DNA of 62,815 nt, filler included. It is 5 parts of 5 records of this genome, joined end to end, with 100 filler letters (N's around TTAATTAATTAA, not from the genome) between each part and the next. Parts side by side here need not be neighbours in the genome. Positions count along the whole stretch, not along the records: positions 53,536 to 62,815 come from DRR723986_4170; 4 more parts are not named here. One strand, given 5' to 3'. The position numbers and the translations under genes were made by a program. Of the stretch, positions 61,110 through 62,815 are shown piece after piece. The first letter of the stretch is position 1. Every line of letters begins with the position of its first letter. Under the pieces are notes generated by a model. That model did no database searches and was not told the origin of the DNA. It was given only the letters and a program-made list of their open reading frames with translations.

Positions 61110-61706
61110 ATGGCAGCGGCGTTGTACCGGTGTTGCAGTCACCTTCGCTGCGCCTTCAGGTTCACCAATCTGCTTTTTTCCCTCAAACTGTCAAAGGCAT
61201 TTGCAGGGACAATGCTCATGTTGATCGGTGTCGGTTTATCCGTTCCGACAGCTCGGTCGGAAAACATGTCATTGACCGCCCCAGCAGGCGAAGTCCGGCT
61301 GACGGTCACCGGCAATATCCGCAAGACAAACTCAGAGGCCGCTGCGCTTCTTGACGATGCAATGCTGGAAGCACTGCCCCGTCACACCCTCGAGACCTCA
61401 ACTGTCGTCACGGATGGCGTAAAACGCTTCGACGGCTTCCTGATGCGAGACCTGCTTGAATTCGTCGGCGCCGACGGCAAGACGGTTACCGCCAGTGCGC
61501 TCAACGATTATACCATCGACATCCCGACGGAAGACTTCGTGCGGTACGATGTTCTTGTCGCAACCCATATGGATGGCGAACGGCTACAACCCTCGGACAA
61601 GGGCCCCTTCTGGATTGTCTATCCCCGGGACGAGCATTCCGACCTTCAGGACATCCGTTACGACTATCGCTGGGTGTGGCAGTTGATCCAACTGAAGATC
61701 AAATGA
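61110..61706 (+). CDS. Periplasmic degenerate molybdopterin-oxidoreductase-domain protein (PruR-like pterin-binding protein)
   Basis: Signal peptide, LTVTGNI, LEALP, FDGFLMRDLL, ALNDYTIDIP, KGPFWIVYP, WVWQL; no Cys in the mature domain; start 61110 or 61212. Confidence 0.8.
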   Translation: MAAALYRCCSHLRCAFRFTNLLFSLKLSKAFAGTMLMLIGVGLSVPTARSENMSLTAPAGEVRLTVTGNIRKTNSEAAALLDDAMLEALPRHTLETSTVVTDGVKRFDGFLMRDLLEFVGADGKTVTASALNDYTIDIPTEDFVRYDVLVATHMDGERLQPSDKGPFWIVYPRDEHSDLQDIRYDYRWVWQLIQLKIK

Positions 61707-62815
61707 CGCGCAGAAGCGATCTTGTCGCCTATATCGTTGCAGGCACTGCGTCTGTTGCCTTCGTCTTGCTGCTCGTATTTTCCCTCGCACGGCTTCTCGA
61801 TACCGAAGCGGAATTGCGGCGCAACGAGGGGGACAACATGCTGTGGGCGATCTCACGAACGCAATCCGCGGCGCTCCTGCTGGATGCCGAGGTTTCCCGC
61901 CATGTCGGGACTATCTCCCGCGAGGCGGCTGAACTGGACAAGCGATACAACGTGATGCTTAGCCGCCTGAACCTGTTATCGGAGGGGCCTCAACGACGCT
62001 ACATGCGAGAGCTTGGCCTGGACGGAAAGCTGGAAAAGGTGGCTGAGGCGCTACGAGCGCTTGAGGCCAAAATCCTGGACATGTCATATGGCGATGTCCA
62101 AACGGCTTCTGCCGTTCACGACCTGCTCCAGCCCTTGATTGAGGATCTCGGCCGCGCCGGAAACCAGTCCATGGTCCGGCAATGGGAGGCAACGGGTGCT
62201 CGGCTCGACAATCAACGTGCCGCAATCGTGCAGGTCATCATTTCCATCGTGGCGATCATTGTTCTCGGCGCCTTTCTGTCCTTCACGATGTTGCGGGCGA
62301 TGGCCGAACAGCAACGCATCCGACTGTCGCTCTTGCGTGAACGCGAAACCGCCGAGATCTATCGCAGTTTCGTTGCCCTGGTTTCTCACCAGTTTCGAAC
62401 GCCGCTCGCCGTCATCGATTCCGCGATGCAGCGCGTCTTGCGGAGCGGGAACCAAATGCCAACTGAAGAAATCAGGCAACGGGCAAGCCAGGTGCGCTCC
62501 GAGGTCCGGGGCCTGACAAGCCTGCTGGAAGCGACGCTGGATGTCGTTCGGCTCGAAGAAAGACAGCTGACGGCCAGACCCGGAAACTGCCATGTCGAGG
62601 ATCTCATTCAACGGGTTGTCGCCCGTCAGAGTGAAGAGACACCGGAGCGGGCTTTTTCCCTGGAAATTGGCAACAAGGTTCCCCAAACGATCGAGACGGA
62701 CCGGTTGCTGGCGGAACAGATCCTCAACAATCTTCTATCGAATGCGGTGAAGTATTCGCCGATTACCGAGCCGGTTTCAGTGAGTGTCCGGGCGCAGAAC
62801 AGGTCCATTTTCATC
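61703..62815 (+). CDS. Membrane sensor histidine kinase (3'-truncated; missing from ORF track)
   Basis: ATGA overlap with upstream stop; MTRRSDLVAYIVAG TM1, periplasmic NMLWAISR segment, TM2, H-box VSHQFRTPL, N-box NNLLSNAVKYS. Confidence 0.92.
   Translation, partial: MTRRSDLVAYIVAGTASVAFVLLLVFSLARLLDTEAELRRNEGDNMLWAISRTQSAALLLDAEVSRHVGTISREAAELDKRYNVMLSRLNLLSEGPQRRYMRELGLDGKLEKVAEALRALEAKILDMSYGDVQTASAVHDLLQPLIEDLGRAGNQSMVRQWEATGARLDNQRAAIVQVIISIVAIIVLGAFLSFTMLRAMAEQQRIRLSLLRERETAEIYRSFVALVSHQFRTPLAVIDSAMQRVLRSGNQMPTEEIRQRASQVRSEVRGLTSLLEATLDVVRLEERQLTARPGNCHVEDLIQRVVARQSEETPERAFSLEIGNKVPQTIETDRLLAEQILNNLLSNAVKYSPITEPVSVSVRAQNRSIFI

Noticed and set aside
1-62815. CRISPR arrays, cas genes, transposases, integrases, reverse transcriptases, known defence genes
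   Set aside because: No regularly spaced direct repeats or diagnostic motifs found by eye

Overview
This 62.8-kb window is not one locus. It is five contigs joined by artificial 100-nt spacers (44 N + TTAATTAATTAA + 44 N) at 12827-12926, 22826-22925, 48109-48208 and 53436-53535, and they probably come from several organisms. (A) 1-12826: alphaproteobacterial core region (icd, solute-binding protein, alaS, recA with LexA box, cckA, flagellar flhB-fliR-fliQ-fliE-flgC-flgB, FlhB-C-like gene, fliO). (B) 12927-22825: Roseobacter-like region (ccdA, hydrolase-like protein + cytochrome P450, class I aldolase, pdxA, arginase-ctlX-ornithine cyclodeaminase with Lrp, dsbB-like, yqaA-like, 5' end of a tRNA-Leu). 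(C) 22926-48108: planctomycete-like contig (Tat Gfo/Idh/MocA, folE2, PAS-LuxR, stand-alone AP2-domain protein, CbiX/SirB, esterase-phosphatase fusion, wcaJ, M28 peptidase, DUF5722, frr, CDP-DAG synthase, RsbW/STAS, sulfatase, large membrane LRR gene split by one in-frame TAG). (D) 48209-53435: Roseobacter-like pccB...pccA cluster with tiny lipoproteins, DUF6497, a cupin and an ORFan. (E) 53536-62815: GC-richer alphaproteobacterial polysaccharide genes (2 GT4, sulfotransferase, ATP-grasp + HAD), a REC-LuxR regulator, and a PruR-like periplasmic pterin-binding protein coupled to a sensor kinase that the ORF track misses. The best candidates for new biology are that putative pterin-sensing two-component module, the hydrolase-P450 pair, the AP2/PAS-LuxR islet with a tRNA/tmRNA-like 3' remnant, and the TAG-interrupted LRR gene. 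No CRISPR array, rRNA, integrase or transposase was seen. All calls come from reading motifs by eye; no searches were run.
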